Counted from the stretch's first letter, positions 1 to 12,545 are shown. The stretch is DNA of 64,000 bases from Eledone cirrhosa (GCA_964016885.1 OZ024760.1:1-64000); one strand, 5' to 3'. Numbers and translations are program-made. The notes: generated by a model not told the origin, from the letters alone.

Positions 1-139
1 ATCTTCTCCATACCAGTGGCTAGTGTGGGTCTGTGGTTGCTATAAGAGGAATTATAAGTGTTTGGCTTATGGATTTGGGCAATCGACGGTCTTATTTGCA
101 CATGCACCCCTCCTCTCTCTCTCTCTATATATATATACA

Positions 140-707
140 AAAGTGTTGTAGGGCGATCAACATTGATGGAAACTACGGAGTAGGTAGACCCTGAAAAATC
201 TGGGATGACATAAAATCTGACCTTGCACACTTACACCTCTCTAAGACAATGTCACTGGATCGAGGACCTTTGGTGCTATGCAGTAATACAGAAGACCCGC
301 CTTACCTTATGTACAAAGTTAAACCTACAGTCAGTAAGCACCTCTTAACCAAATATACACCCCAACCCACTATCCCTGCTCCAACCTCCTTCTCCCACCC
401 ACACCAACCTTTCTCTGTAAAGTTATGTTGGTTCCACAGAACATCCAGTCCACACTAAAGTGGTCATGTAGGTGTCACGACAGAAAGCACACAGTCCACG
501 CTGTAAAGTGACCGTGTAGGAGACACGGTAAAAAGGCTCCCAGTCCACACTGTAAATGTGGTTGGTGTTAGGAAGAGAATCCAGCCGTAGAAAACCTGCC
601 AGATACAAGCGAGACGCGGTCACCCGATCAATCTTGCCTCAAGTGGGACAACTCGCATCTAACCCATGCTAGCGTGGAAGATAGACGTTAAACGATGATG
701 ATGATGA
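140..707 (+). mobile_element. 5'-truncated, decayed RTE-clade LINE 3' end
   Basis: Homologous by eye to 8680-9341 (GGAGTAGGTAGACCC...TTACACCTCTCTAAGACAATGTCACTGGA); ends in (GAT)n. Confidence 0.75.
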
Positions 708-782
708 TATATATATACACATACATATATACATATACACACACTAGAAAATACACACACACACACACATATATATATATAA

Positions 783-993
783 CGTGTAGGCGCCATGGAA
801 AAAAAGGCACCCAGCACTCACTGTAAATGAGGTTGGTGTTAGGAAGGGCATCCAGCTGTAGAAACCAAGCCAGAATCAGTTCCTGTATGAGCAAGACAAG
901 GTCACCCAACCTGGCACTGCCTACAACAGGACAACCCGTCTAACCCATGCTAGCGGGGAAGAAAGGACGTAAAACGGTGATGATGATGATGAT
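783..993 (+). mobile_element. Truncated copy of the RTE-tailed short element seen at 5505 and 9382
   Basis: Shared GCACCCAGCACTCACTGTAAATGAGGTTGGTGTTAGGAAGGGCATCCAGCTGTAG core and (GAT)n tail. Confidence 0.7.
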
Positions 994-1108
994 ATATACA
1001 CACACTCTCTCTCTGTCTCACACACACACACACACACACACTATACACTACACAAACGAAACATCTAACAAGAATATGACAATGCAAGAGTGAAGGTTGA
1101 GGACTTAC

Positions 1109-1270
1109 CAGTGGTCTTATTGGTCGTGTGGTCTCTGTTGGGACCGGTCAGCTTCTTCATTTTCCGACCAGTTGTTCTCTGCCACACATATTGTGTGTTT
1201 ATGGAACAATCAATGTCGTAGTTACACAAGTTTGGCTCACTGAAACTACAGTTGATCATCATCAAACCAA
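1109..1270 (-). CDS. Exon: MAM4 part 1 (INCSFSEPNLCNY...WQR...TGPNRDHTT)
   Basis: CxF...LC..W.R..TGP..DHT motif; acceptor ctttcag, donor GTAAGT; 162 nt, phase 1-1. Confidence 0.9.
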
Positions 1271-1901
1271 CTGAAAGTAGACAAGGAATACAAATAAGAA
1301 ACAATTGAAAATATAGTCACCACAGTGCAGATAACTATAGATAGTAGTTGAAGAGATCAGAGTAAACTAGCATTCAATGTTCAGAGAGTGGGATTGACGC
1401 CATGCAAAGCCTTTCCTTACTTAAAAAAGCTTCAAGCACAGGCATTGTTTGATATGTGACATTTTCTGTGATTCATAGCATTGCTGGCCATAGGCAAGTC
1501 CTTTGCAGGACTAAAAGACCACATCCTTGATGCTCATGATTAAGTATCGAGTGATGACATTACTCGAAATCGAGTTGCAGCCATCATATGTATATATATA
1601 TCTGTGTGTGTATGTGTGTATATATATATGTTTGTATGTGTGTATATATATGTGTATGTATGTATATATATATATATATATGTGTGTGTGTATATATATA
1701 TATGTGTGTGTATATATACATGTTTATATATATGTGTGTGTATATATATATATAATTATGTGTGTGTATATATATATATGTGTGTGTGTGTGTATGTGTA
1801 AATATATATATATATATATATAAATTAGCTCTGTTAATTCTGTTGCCATCTATGATAATGGCAACTAAATTTTTAGTATGAAATAATATTCTGATTTTTA
1901 C

Positions 1902-2133
1902 CTTTACATGTTTCGTTTTTGATGCTGACATATTTCAGTGCCATAAAATCCTCCACCACATCTCTCTTCAAAGAAACAATTTGGATTGCAATGGGTTTGT
2001 TGGGTAAAGGAACACACACCTGCATCCAATCCATTTTATCTTCATTTTGGCTCGTTTCTTTTATTTGTAGAGCTTTGATATTCATTAGTGGCCTTAATTC
2101 TTTTGGTTTGATTATGCTGTTACCAGACCAGAT
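1902..2133 (-). CDS. Exon: MAM3 part 3 (IWSGNS...WMQVCVPLP...MALKYVSIKNETCK)
   Basis: Acceptor ttacag, donor GTAAAA; 232 nt, phase 0 to 1; same W...C.PLP motif as MAM1 and MAM2. Confidence 0.83.
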
Positions 2134-2344
2134 CTGTAATGTACCAGGAATCATATATACATATTATCATCATCATCATTTTGACGAAGGACCGTGACAA
2201 GTGGAGAGATGCTGTGCTGAATAGGACCCGTCCCACCCTTGCAAGCAGGGAAAAGCGGACGTAAAATGATGATGATGATGATGATAATATGTGTCAAACT
2301 ATGCAGTGTGGAAATGCCTAAACAGACTAAAATCTGATGTTGGA

Positions 2345-2870
2345 CATGCAAAAGTCACTCTTGCAAAATTGGGGATATTTAAAGGAAGGGGACGTTGTGT
2401 GTGACTGCGGCATTGAACCACAGACTGTACAGCAGCTCCTGATAGGCTGCCCTGCTGGAACACCCCTGCACAGAATTGGACTTGGCAGAGTTTAATGAGA
2501 AAGAACAGCAATGTGGAACCACATCTAGCCAAGCTTTGTAGCTGACACTTTTGTGGACACAATAAAAAGAAGTGTACATTGGATAATGTAGTCCTAGATA
2601 CACTATGTTTGATAGCCACTAATACTAACTACTGTACTGTACGTGCAAAAGTCACTCTTGCCAAATGGGGATATTTAAAGAATGGGGATGTTGTGTGTGA
2701 CTGCGGCATCAAACCACAGACTACACAGTACCTCCTGATATGACCCCTGCTGGGACACCCCAGCATAGCATTGGACTTGGCAGAGTTTAATGAGAAAGGA
2801 CAGGAATGTGTTCAGCTGTGGTGGAACCACATCTAGCTAAGCTTTGTAACTGACACTCATGTGGAGACGG
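2345..2870 (+). mobile_element. Two tandem copies of a non-LTR retrotransposon 3' end with a CCHC-type knuckle (I/Ingi-like)
   Basis: About 295-bp duplication; second copy reads TLAKWGYLKNGDVVCDCGIKPQTTQYLLI*; degenerate. Confidence 0.55.
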
Positions 2871-3329
2871 CAAGAATCATTATCATCATCACCATCATCA
2901 TCATTTAATGTCTATTTTCCATGCTTTCATGGATTAGACGGGTTGTCACTTATTGGGGCTAAACTAATCAGGTGACCACATCTTGTTTGTACAGTCCAGT
3001 TTTGGCTTGGTTTCTATGGCTGGATGCCCTTCCTAATGCCAACCACTTTACAGCATGTACAGGGAGCATTTTATCATAGCTCCAGCACTACCACCTTACA
3101 GGGTTGACTGGATGCATTTTGTTGTGGCACTAACACTACTACCTTGCAATGCAGACTGGGTACTTTTTGTCGTGGCACCCACACAAGTGAGGCATTAATG
3201 GGAGTGGTGGGAGTAGTAGTGGGGAGTCATACCACCATGGGAGATGAAGCATTAGATGATTGAGATGGTCGTAAAGAAAGTGAGTTATGTCAGGCACTAT
3301 ATTGTGAGGCATGCCTGGATTTCTATGCA

Positions 3330-3980
3330 GGCATGGGTTGGACAAGGAAAGTGAATCAGAGATACTGGTGGGAATAGGGAGCACATCTTTCTTCCCTTCT
3401 GACATGGGTTGAAGAAGGTAAGTGAATAAGGGATTTTAGGTAAGAGTAGGGAGCATGTCTTTCTTCCTTTCTGACATGGGTTGAACAAGGTGAATAAGGG
3501 ATTTTGGTAGTAGGGAGCACATCATTCATCCCTTCTGACATGGGTTGAAGAAGGAAAGTGAATAAGGGATTTTGGTAGGAATAGGGAGCACATCTTTCTT
3601 CCTTTCTGACATGGGTTGAAGAAGGAAGGTGAATAAGGGATTTTGGTAGGAGTAGGGAGCACATCTTTTGTCCTTTCTGACATGGGTTGAACAAGGAAGG
3701 TGAATAAGGGATTTTGGTAGGAGTAGGGAACACATCTTTCTTCCTTTCTGACATGGGTTGAACAAGGAAGGTGAATAAGGGATTTTGGTAGGGGTAGGGA
3801 GCACATCTTTTGTCCCTTCTGACATGGGTTGAAGAAGGAAGGTGAATAAGGGATTTTGGTAAGAATAGGGATCACGTCTTTCTTCCCTTCTGACATAGGT
3901 TGAACAAGGAAGGTGTATTGGGAATTTTGTGGGAGTAGGTGAAAATTCTTTGGGTTTTTTTCTGTGTTGGCATGGGTTGA
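3330..3980. repeat. Minisatellite, about 71-bp unit, about 9 copies
   Basis: GACATGGGTTGAA recurs at 3401, 3473, 3537, 3608, 3679, 3750, 3821 and 3892. Confidence 0.92.
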
Positions 3981-4284
3981 CTGTGTTTTGCTTTAACTAA
4001 AATGTGAACAAATTTAAACCAAAGCCATGCTACCCACTAACTCAAGCAAACACAGATCATAATCCTACAGTCAACCCTACCTATATACTCATACTGTACC
4101 AGACATAATTTAAATTCAAAGCTGTCCTTTGCTCTAATTACTGGTATGGGGGCAATAGACATCATCAGGTTGCAACTATTGTAGTATATAGTTTTCACAC
4201 ACACACATACACACATTTACATACATATACAGGGTGGATTAGAAGAATGGGAGAACTGAAGAATAAGGGAATAGAAGAATGTAA

Positions 4285-4475
4285 TAATTGATTCTACTTT
4301 TGGCACAAGGCCCGCAATTACCCAGTACATTACTGGTACTTTATTTTATCAACCCCGTAATGATGAAAGGCAATGTTAACTTCGGCGGGATATGAACTCA
4401 GTCTGTAAAGGGACGTAACTCTGTGCCTGCAAAGCATGGCGTCCGACCCTCTACCGATACTGCCAATCCACCACC
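4285..4475 (-). mobile_element. tRNA-derived SINE with MetaSINE-like core
   Basis: Same family as 12997, 13196, 16771, 51475, 60469 and 62891 (consensus GCCTTTCATCCTTACGGGGTCGATAAAATAAAGTACCAG). Confidence 0.75.
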
Positions 4476-4519
4476 TATGTAATAATATAATAATGCAAGA
4501 AACGTTTGGAACATCTTAC

Positions 4520-4701
4520 AGTTTTTTTGCCTACTTCCTTGCCATTCTGGCTCATTTCCATTTCATTGATGTACATAGACACGGAACCTGTCATGGTATA
4601 TTTCATGATGAGGCTACTATTTGGCTCTGGGGTGAATGTCGGAGAAGTTAACATTGTCTTCAAACCTTCCCTGTTTTCACCGCTAGCTTCAATGAAATTT
4701 C
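4520..4701 (-). CDS. Exon: MAM3 part 2 (NFIEASGENREGLKTMLTSPTF...)
   Basis: F.EAS..G...L.SP MAM motif; acceptor ttacag, donor GTAAG; 182 nt, phase 1 to 0. Confidence 0.83.
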
Positions 4702-4974
4702 CTGTAATCAATAGATGGAAAGCATGTATAAAGCATCTGTCTAGTTTTATGGTAAATTCATGTTCATCACTCTCCTTGCCAAGCAATATATCATCATCAT
4801 CAATATATATATATATAAACAAAAAGTGTAAGTCAACAGGTTAAAATTAACTTTGTTTATTCATATTTGCTGTTATATATATTTCAGTGATAACCATTAT
4901 TCAACAGCTATGACCTCATTAGACAGTTAGAACTTGAACAGAAAAAATAAAAAAACAAAATGATGGAACAAAGT

Positions 4975-5350
4975 TTACCTCTGTTATTTCGATCCTTTGA
5001 CATGCCATGTCCCGAAGTTTGGTGGTGTTTTCTCAAAGAACTGGTGGCATATGATTTAGAAACCTTCCCTCCGAGGCACAAGCCTGGGCAATTTGTTTTT
5101 GTGGAAGACCAGCAGTCACCCATGCATACCAGTCTCCCCTCTCTACACCACTGATGTTGTCCAAGGGAAAGGCACTGACCGATACAGCTTGGCACCAGTG
5201 ATGTTGCAACTCATTTCTACAGCGGAGTAAACTGGAACAACATGAAGTAAAGTGTCTTGCTCAAGGACACAACGCATCACCCGGTCCGAGAATCAAACTC
5301 ACAACCTCTCAATTGCAAGCCCAATGCTCTAACCACTAAGCCATGTGCTT
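4975..5350 (-). mobile_element. tRNA-derived SINE (second family)
   Basis: Minus strand has A-box TGGCTTAGTGG, B-box GAGTTTGATTC and GTCCTTGAGCAAGACACTT core; related to 9838, 12345, 47380 and 55105. Confidence 0.72.
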
Positions 5351-5364
5351 CACACACATATATA

Positions 5365-5487
5365 TGTCCGGACTATAAGGAGGGTGAACGAGTTGATGAA
5401 AGCCACATTTTTCAATGCATTCTTGTGCAAGTTTTGCTGTGTGAATAGGAGCATTGGCGATTAGAAGCCAAAGTGGCACGTATATAT
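5365..5487 (-). mobile_element. Inverted duplicate of the internal mariner transposase segment
   Basis: Reverse complement of 5851-5972 with about 3 mismatches. Confidence 0.85.
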
Positions 5488-5504
5488 CACGCAGTAATAC
5501 AGGG

Positions 5505-5843
5505 TACCCGACCTCCCATGGGTACATGCTGAAGCATATAAACAATATGCCCCCCCCCCCCCCCCCACCGCAAGGTGGTCGTGGAGGTGCCACGGCAAAA
5601 AAGCACCCAGCCCACACTGTAAAGTGGACGTGTAGGCGCCACGAAAAAGCACCCAGCACTCACTGTAAATGAGGTTGGTGTTAGGAAGGGCATCCAGCTG
5701 TAGAAATCAAGCCAGATCAGTTCCTGTATGAGCAAGGCATGGTCAGCCGACCAGACACTGCCCACAACAGGACAACCCGTCTAACCCATGCTAGCGTGGA
5801 AGAACGGACGTAAAACGGTGATGATGATGATGATGATGATGAT
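5505..5843 (+). mobile_element. Young RTE-tailed short element, nearly identical to 9382-9708
   Basis: Copies differ by eye only in poly-C and (GAT)n tail length. Confidence 0.8.
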
Positions 5844-5856
5844 ATATATATATATA

Positions 5857-6286
5857 CGTGCCACTTTGGCTTCTAATCGACAATGCCCCTATTCACACAG
5901 CAAAACTTGCACAAGAATGCATTGAAAAATGTGGCTTTCATCAACTCGTTCACCCTCCTTATAGTCCGGACATTGCTCCAAGTGACTTCTTTTTCTTCAG
6001 ACTGCTTAAGAAAGAGCTCAGTGGTAATCACTTTGCAACTGGAGAGGAACTCAAAAGTTTTGTTAATGAATATTTGAACTCTTTGGATGATTCATTTTTT
6101 AAAGCGGCGTTTGAAGAATTACTGGTAAGATGGCGAAAGATGGTTGTAAACAATGGAGGCTACATTGAAAAATAACTTTATTAATGTTTTCTTTACTAGT
6201 ATTGAATGTATTTTCAAATAAAATTCGCTTGAATGTTCTAGCTTTTTCTTTTCATACCGAGTATTAGAGATTATTGACCTGACCAC

Positions 6287-6287
<1 letters not shown>
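5857..6287 (+). mobile_element. Mariner (DD34D) transposon 3' fragment with right end
   Basis: ORF 5858..6175: DNAPIH...HPPYSPDIAPSD with exactly 34 residues between the two Asp; ends TTATTGACCTGACCACG followed by TA. Confidence 0.92.
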
Positions 6288-6342
<55 letters not shown>

Positions 6343-6387
6343 ACAAACACACTAAGATAATAAGATAATATAATCTTTACAGCTTAC

Positions 6388-6480
6388 CTTCGATGTTATG
6401 GTGCATTTTCCATCTATAATTAATACCAGTAATTTTAAAACTACAATAGAGTTCTTTGCCAAATTCACATTCAGTGATCC
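6388..6480 (-). CDS. Exon: MAM3 part 1 (ITECEFGKELYCSFKITGINYRWKMHHNIE)
   Basis: CxF...C...W motif; acceptor ttttctcctgcag, donor GTAAG; 93 nt, phase 1-1. Confidence 0.85.
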
Positions 6481-6615
6481 CTGCAGGAGAAAATAGAAAA
6501 TAATTTAGCCCTTTTGTTACCATATTTCAAAAAAAAAAAAAAAAGGTTATTTGGAGGGGTTTAGTAATATAACTAACTTTCTTGTTACTTAGTTTGTGTT
6601 TGGCACATAACTTAA

Positions 6616-6828
6616 CCCTTTTGCATTTACATTACTCTATATTTACTATTATATTTTCATGGTAAATGTTTTATCTTACATAATTATCTCACATAATATT
6701 GAATCTATGAAATTTTGATGTTGTTTATTTTGAGAACAATACCAGTATGAGCAACCAGTTATGGACAATTTGAACAGAAAGAGGTGAGAGAATTCTGGCT
6801 GGGTATGGCCAGTTTAAATGCTAAAGGG
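6616..6828. mobile_element. piggyBac-like MITE
   Basis: TTAA on both sides; 14-bp TIR CCCTTT(T/A)GCATTTA; opposite-orientation copy at 48477. Confidence 0.8.
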
Positions 6829-7335
6829 TTAAGCTGGTGTTTGGGACATAACTTAATGAAGATACAGAATTGTACTATAGAACCAGGGTCGGTTTCAGCT
6901 GGCTAGGTGCCTAAAGAGTAAAAATCTATGGATTCTTTGCATTTGTGGATATGTGTGTGTGTAGGTAGGTTTATGTTTCTGTGTGTGTATTTCTATGTCT
7001 GCATATATATATTTTTTTTTTTCTTTTTTTTTTTCTCACACATTTTTTTTTTCTCACACACATGTGCTTCGGGTTTCCCATTTTTTTCGCTGTTTTTTTT
7101 TCCTTTTTCTTCCCTTTTCCTTCTGTTATATATGTTTTTCTCTCCCTCCCTTTTTTTCCCCAATAACTTCCTTTAGTTATTGTCGCACTGGAGTTAGATA
7201 TCTTGTCTTTAATGCATAGAAATATCCATGATCCCTAGCAGACAATTGATGAAGGAAAATTTTCTCCCGTTCATGTTTTCCTCTTATTTATAAGTACACC
7301 TTATCCAGCAACTACACAGCCCCTGTTTCTTCTTA

Positions 7336-7371
<36 letters not shown>

Positions 7372-7374
<3 letters not shown>

Positions 7375-7900
7375 CAGGACTAAACTGGCAACCCCACCAA
7401 GGTTTCTTGGTGAGGAGGATGGCTTCGGACATCCTGCAGGACTAAAAACAAAACCTGTCAAAAGGCAAAGGGGCTCTTAAGAGTCAATAGTCATCCAAAA
7501 TCACCGGGAGAGATGACCCCTTAGCCTTTGTCAGGGCAGAATTCTAGGAGAAGGAAAACTCTGATATAACACCTGCAACCCTGATGGTATCCAATGATGT
7601 TGACTTGTTCTTCTTTTTGGTAAATATCATCTTGGTTAAGAGAGTGGGACTGGCTTTGTGCAGTGCCTTTGCTAACTATAAAAGCTTCACGGCACAGGCA
7701 TTGCTTTATATCTGGAGATCTCTCTGCACTTGTCGTCACATGGTACTGTGTGCCAATAATTGTCACAAGTGTAGTGTTTGTACCAGAGTTTTCAAGTCAC
7801 TGGCTGGACTAAAAAGTCACACTCGTTCAGCGCATCGGTAGGGGTTCTCCTACATGGATATAAAGTAGTGGCCGTACTTGAAAACGAGTTGGCAGCCACC
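7372..7900 (+). mobile_element. Non-autonomous RTE-derived element ending in a C2H2 finger remnant
   Basis: CSVCTRVFKSLAGLKSHTRSAHR* as at RTE/BovB C-termini; inserted in (TA)n; decayed relative at about 1385-1586. Confidence 0.55.
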
Positions 7901-7925
7901 ATATATATATATATATATATATATA

Positions 7926-9337
7926 TCCGAACTAGAGAAGAAATTCCAAACATGGAAGCACGGCCTAGAATCAAAAGGCCTTAAAATTAACCTGGCTAAG
8001 ACAAAAGTTCTAGTTTGTAGGAAAGAAAATATGGCGGCAGTCCCATCTGGGAAATGGCCATGCTCAGTGTGTAGGAAAGGCGTAGGTAGAAACTCCATTT
8101 TATGTCCCAAATGCAAAGTATGGGTGCATAAAAGATGTAGTGGGATCACAGGTAAGCTAACTAAGAACATAGATTTTACATGTGGCCGGTGCTCTGGTGC
8201 AATAAGTAGCAGCAAGTGCCCACAAAATACTAGCTCCTTCAACTGCGCAGAGGGTTCTATAGAAATAGTGGACAGCTTCCGTTACCTGGGTGACAAAATC
8301 AGCAGTGGGGGAGGGTGCTCTGAAAGTACAGTAGCTAGAGTCAGAACTGGATGGAAAAAGTTCAGAGAGCTTATACGACTATTAGCCGCTAGAGGGTTCT
8401 CCCTAAAAATGAAAGGCAGGTTATACGATGCCTGCATACGAACAGCAATGCTGCATGGCAGTGAGACCTGGGCATTGTGTGCAGAGGATATACGCAGACT
8501 AGAGAGGAACGAAGCTTGCATGCTCCGCTGGATGTGCAATAGTAATATACGTGAACGGCAAAGCATAAACGAACTAAGGAAAAAATTAGAAATAAGAGGG
8601 ATCAGATGTTGTTTACTCGAGAGAAGGCTACGTTGGTATGGTCACGTGATGCGCATGAAAGACGACAGCTGTATAACAAAGTGCAGGGCAATAAAGATAG
8701 ACGGTAGCCACGGAGTAGGCAGACCCAGAAAAACATGGGACGAGCTGATAAATTCCGACCTCCCACGCTTACACCTCTCCAAGACAATGTCACTGGACCG
8801 AGACCTTTGGCGGTACTCAGTAATAGAGAAGACCCGCCTTACCTAAATACAAAGTAAAAACCTACTACAGTCAGTAGGCATCTCTATCAAAACACCCCCC
8901 CGTCCCACCACCTCCACCCCATCCACACCGCCCCTTTCAATGTACAGTTATGTTGGTCCCATAACATCCAGGCCGAAACAAATGAGATCGTGTAGGTGTC
9001 ACGACAAAAAAACACACAGTCCACGCTGTAAATGTGGCCGTGTAGGCAACACGGTAAAAACATCTCAGCCCCACACTGTAAATGTGGTTGGTGTTAGGAA
9101 GGGCATCCAGCTGTAGAAAACCCGCCAGACAGTCCACGCTGTAATGTGGCCGTGTAGGCAACACGGTAAAAACCTCCCAGCCCCACACTGTAAATGTGGT
9201 TGGTGTTAGGAAGGGCATCCAACTGTAGAAAACCCGCCAGACAGTCCTATGCGAGCAAGACAACCACTCTTGCCTCAAGTGGGAAAACCCCCGTCCAAAC
9301 CCATGCAAGCGTGGAACACGGACGCTAAACCTGATGA

Positions 9338-9341
<4 letters not shown>
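7926..9341 (+). mobile_element. 5'-truncated RTE-clade LINE (RT C-terminal part with inserted PHD finger, 3' UTR, GAT tail)
   Basis: ORF to 8846: GLKINLAKTKVL, FRYLG, RRLRWYGHVMRM, GRPRKTW, DRDLW; flanked by (TA)n. Confidence 0.92.
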
Positions 9342-9381
<40 letters not shown>

Positions 9382-9384
<3 letters not shown>

Positions 9385-9704
9385 CGACCTCCCATGGGTA
9401 CATGCTGAAGCATATAAACAATATGCCCCCCCCCCCCACCGCAAGGTGGTCGTGGAGGTGCCACGGCAAAAAAGCACCCAGCCCACACTGTAAAGTGGAC
9501 GTGTAGGCGCCACGAAAAAGCACCCAGCACTCACTGTAAATGAGGTTGGTGTTAGGAAGGGCATCCAGCTGTAGAAATCAAGCCAGATCAGTTCCTGTAT
9601 GAGCAAGGCATGGTCAGCCGACCAGACACTGCCCACAACAGGACAACCCGTCTAACCCATGCTAGCGTGGAAGAACGGACGTAAAACGGTGATGATGATG
9701 ATGA

Positions 9705-9708
<4 letters not shown>
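9382..9708 (+). mobile_element. Young RTE-tailed short element (twin of 5505-5843)
   Basis: Near-identity with 5505-5843; flanked by (TA)n. Confidence 0.8.
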
Positions 9709-9745
<37 letters not shown>

Positions 9746-9837
9746 TATGTGGTTGATGGCTGAGAGAAAGGAGTACTCAATATCAAAGCAGAGTTTTAAT
9801 ATTCTTTTTTATAACGTTTTAGAATTTTTATAAAGAT

Positions 9838-10174
9838 GAGGCACATGGCTTAGTGGTTAGAGCATTGGCTTTGCAATCGAAAGGTTGTGAGTTCAATTCT
9901 CAGACCGGGTGATGTGTTGTTTCCTCGAGCAAGACACTTTATTTCACATTGCTCCAGTTTCCTCAGCTGTAGAAATGAGATGATAGGGACTGGGGTCCAT
10001 ATCATTCCACTGTAAAGTGGTCGTGGAGGTGCCACGGCAAAAAAGCACCCAGCACTCACTGTAAATGAGGTTGGTGTGAGGAAGGGCATCCAGCTGTAGA
10101 AATCAAGCCACCATCAGTTTCCGTCCCACCCTTGCAAGCAGGGAAAAAGCGAACGTAAAAATGAAATGATGATG
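9838..10174 (+). mobile_element. tRNA-derived SINE with RTE-type tail
   Basis: A-box TGGCTTAGTGG, B-box GAGTTCAATTC, CAAGACACTTTATTTC core, (GAT)n end. Confidence 0.78.
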
Positions 10175-10329
10175 TTTACAATTTTTACATATTTGCCTCT
10201 CAGGCTGCCTCAAGATGATGATTCTTTTTGATACACACTGTATCTGTTATATTCAAAATATATCGAAATGCCTATGTAGTGTATTTCATTAGAAATACAA
10301 TATGAAAATGTTAAAACAATTTTACTTAC

Positions 10330-10671
10330 CATTACATGAGGGCGACTTTAAGAGGACAATATCATCAACTGCAATCATACCATCATTGCCAGAACCATGG
10401 TAAGCAATGAACTCGGCTACGGCACCAGAGTTTCCAACAACAGGTAGACATCCCCGGTGCCATGATTGGCTGTCATTTATGTTCTTGCTCCATGTCTTAG
10501 TCGCCATTGAGTTGTTGTAACGGATATTCACCGTTAATTTGCTGACGTCTCTACCATTGATGAAATAGCGGAAGTTTAGTGAGGCATTCTTTTTATTTGA
10601 GAGAACAGGGGTTCGGTACATAGTCTTGTCACTGGGACTTCCGTTTGAAGAATCTGCCACTAGGTAGCGAG
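10330..10671 (-). CDS. Exon: MAM2 part 2 (RYLVADSS...WHRGCLPV...IAVDDIVLLKSPSCN)
   Basis: IAVDDI motif; AAG acceptor, donor GTAAGT; 342 nt, phase 1-1. Confidence 0.9.
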
Positions 10672-10724
10672 CTTTTGAGAATAGAATACAAAAAAGATAT
10701 AAGCATTTATTTCCCACACCTTAT

Positions 10725-11058
10725 CAAAATGTTGCCACATCTCACCAAAATGTTGCCAAGCCCCACCAAAATGTTACCAAATCCCCACCAAAATGTTACC
10801 AAGCCCCCACCAAAATGTTGCCAAGCCCCCACCAAAATGTTGCCAGGTCCTACCAAAATGTTGACATGACCAACCAAAATGTTGCCAGGTCCCACCAAAA
10901 TGTTGCCATGCTGCACCAAAATGTTGCCACACCCCCACCAAAATGTTGCCAAGCCCTACCGAAATGTTGCCAGGTCCCACCAAAATGTTGCCAGGTCCCA
11001 CCAAAATGTTGCCAGGTCCCACCAAAATGTTGCCATACCCCACTAAAATGCTGCCAGG
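10725..11058. repeat. Minisatellite, 21-22-bp unit CCACCAAAATGTTGCCAGGTC, about 15 copies
   Basis: Visible tandem array. Confidence 0.92.
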
Positions 11059-11283
11059 CTCTCTGCTTTCTATACATTATATTTACAGCAGGCTTCTTTA
11101 GTTTCCATCTACTAAATCCCGCTCACAAGGCATTTGTCAAACTGAGGCATATAGTAGAAAACACTTGTCAAAGGTTCCATACAGCAGGAGTGAAGCCAGA
11201 ACCAATTGGTTGTGAAGCAAATGCCTTAACCACCTAGCTGTATTTGTATGTTGAACTATGGGACATATAATACTACTGCTTAC

Positions 11284-11445
11284 CATATTTTGAACCCATG
11301 CTATGATCACCCATTAGTCCAAGAGGTTGTGCTTTGTTCCACATGGTTATACTCCGTTGAACATTCCACCTGTAACCATTAGTCACTAGGTTAGCTGGTG
11401 TCATTACTTCACCACACATTGAATCATCAAATGTACAGGGCAACT
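11284..11445 (-). CDS. Exon: MAM2 part 1 (LPCTFDDSMCG...W...GDHSMGSKY)
   Basis: CxFD..C and DHS.G motifs; acceptor tttcag, donor GTAAG; 162 nt, phase 1-1. Not in the ORF track. Confidence 0.87.
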
Positions 11446-11776
11446 CTGAAATTTAGTAAATAAAGTTTGAAAAAAAAAACAATGCAAAAAACACTAAAAC
11501 AAACATTCAACAACTTATTTCACACATTTGCACATGGGGCTTTATACATTCATACACACATAACCAACAGAGAAAAATATGGTATTTTTAACACACTTTA
11601 TAATATATATATATAAGAGGTTAACAGGACTAGCATAAGGTTTCTCTGCTAGTACCAGTTGCATCTCAGCGTACTCAATAGGTAGGATTATGTATAAATC
11701 CCAGAGTAGACACAAAGTCTGTGCCTCGATACAACACATGTAAATGAGTACCATAAATTTATGCCCACACACCCAC

Positions 11777-11849
<73 letters not shown>

Positions 11850-12155
11850 TATCATATATATATATATTGATAGACTATATGTATATATATATCATATATA
11901 TATATATATATTGATAGACTATATGTATATATATATATATCATATGTATATATATCATATGTATATATATATATATCATATATATATTTATATCTGTATT
12001 TTTAACCGTTGGTCAATCAATGATAAACATTGATTGCCAGATAAAGTAACTATGGAGATATAAAAGATACAGAAGCGAAAACCAATCCAAACCAAACATT
12101 ATGTTTTTTTATTATTTCTGGCAATATTATTAGATGACCCTCCCCAAATATAACG

Positions 12156-12204
<49 letters not shown>

Positions 12205-12344
12205 TATAAGAACAGATTAAAGTTTAAGCAAAGAATAGCTGCTTTCACCCAGGATTTTCTATTATTACTATATATATATATATATAAATGTATATATATA
12301 TACGTATGTAAAAGGTAAACAGAAATAACACAATCGGTACAGTA

Positions 12345-12545
12345 TATATATTCTTCGATCGACATTTTCGTCAAATCGGACCGAGGAAACAATGTTTCCT
12401 TCGGTCTTTCCAGTTGCTAGTACTATCTATCGGTCGCAACTCCAGGTAAAAGGAGCAACGTGAAATAAAGTGTCTTGCTCAAGGACATAACGCATCGCCT
12501 GGTCCAGGAATCGAACTCACAACCTCACGATTGTGAATCCAATTT
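12345..12545 (-). mobile_element. tRNA-derived SINE, 5'-truncated
   Basis: Homologous to 55105-55300 and 47380-47580. Confidence 0.7.

Noticed and set aside
9838-9910. tRNA gene (also 55230-55300 and 62891-62970)
   Set aside because: A and B boxes are present but are followed by SINE core and tail; these are tRNA-derived SINE heads.
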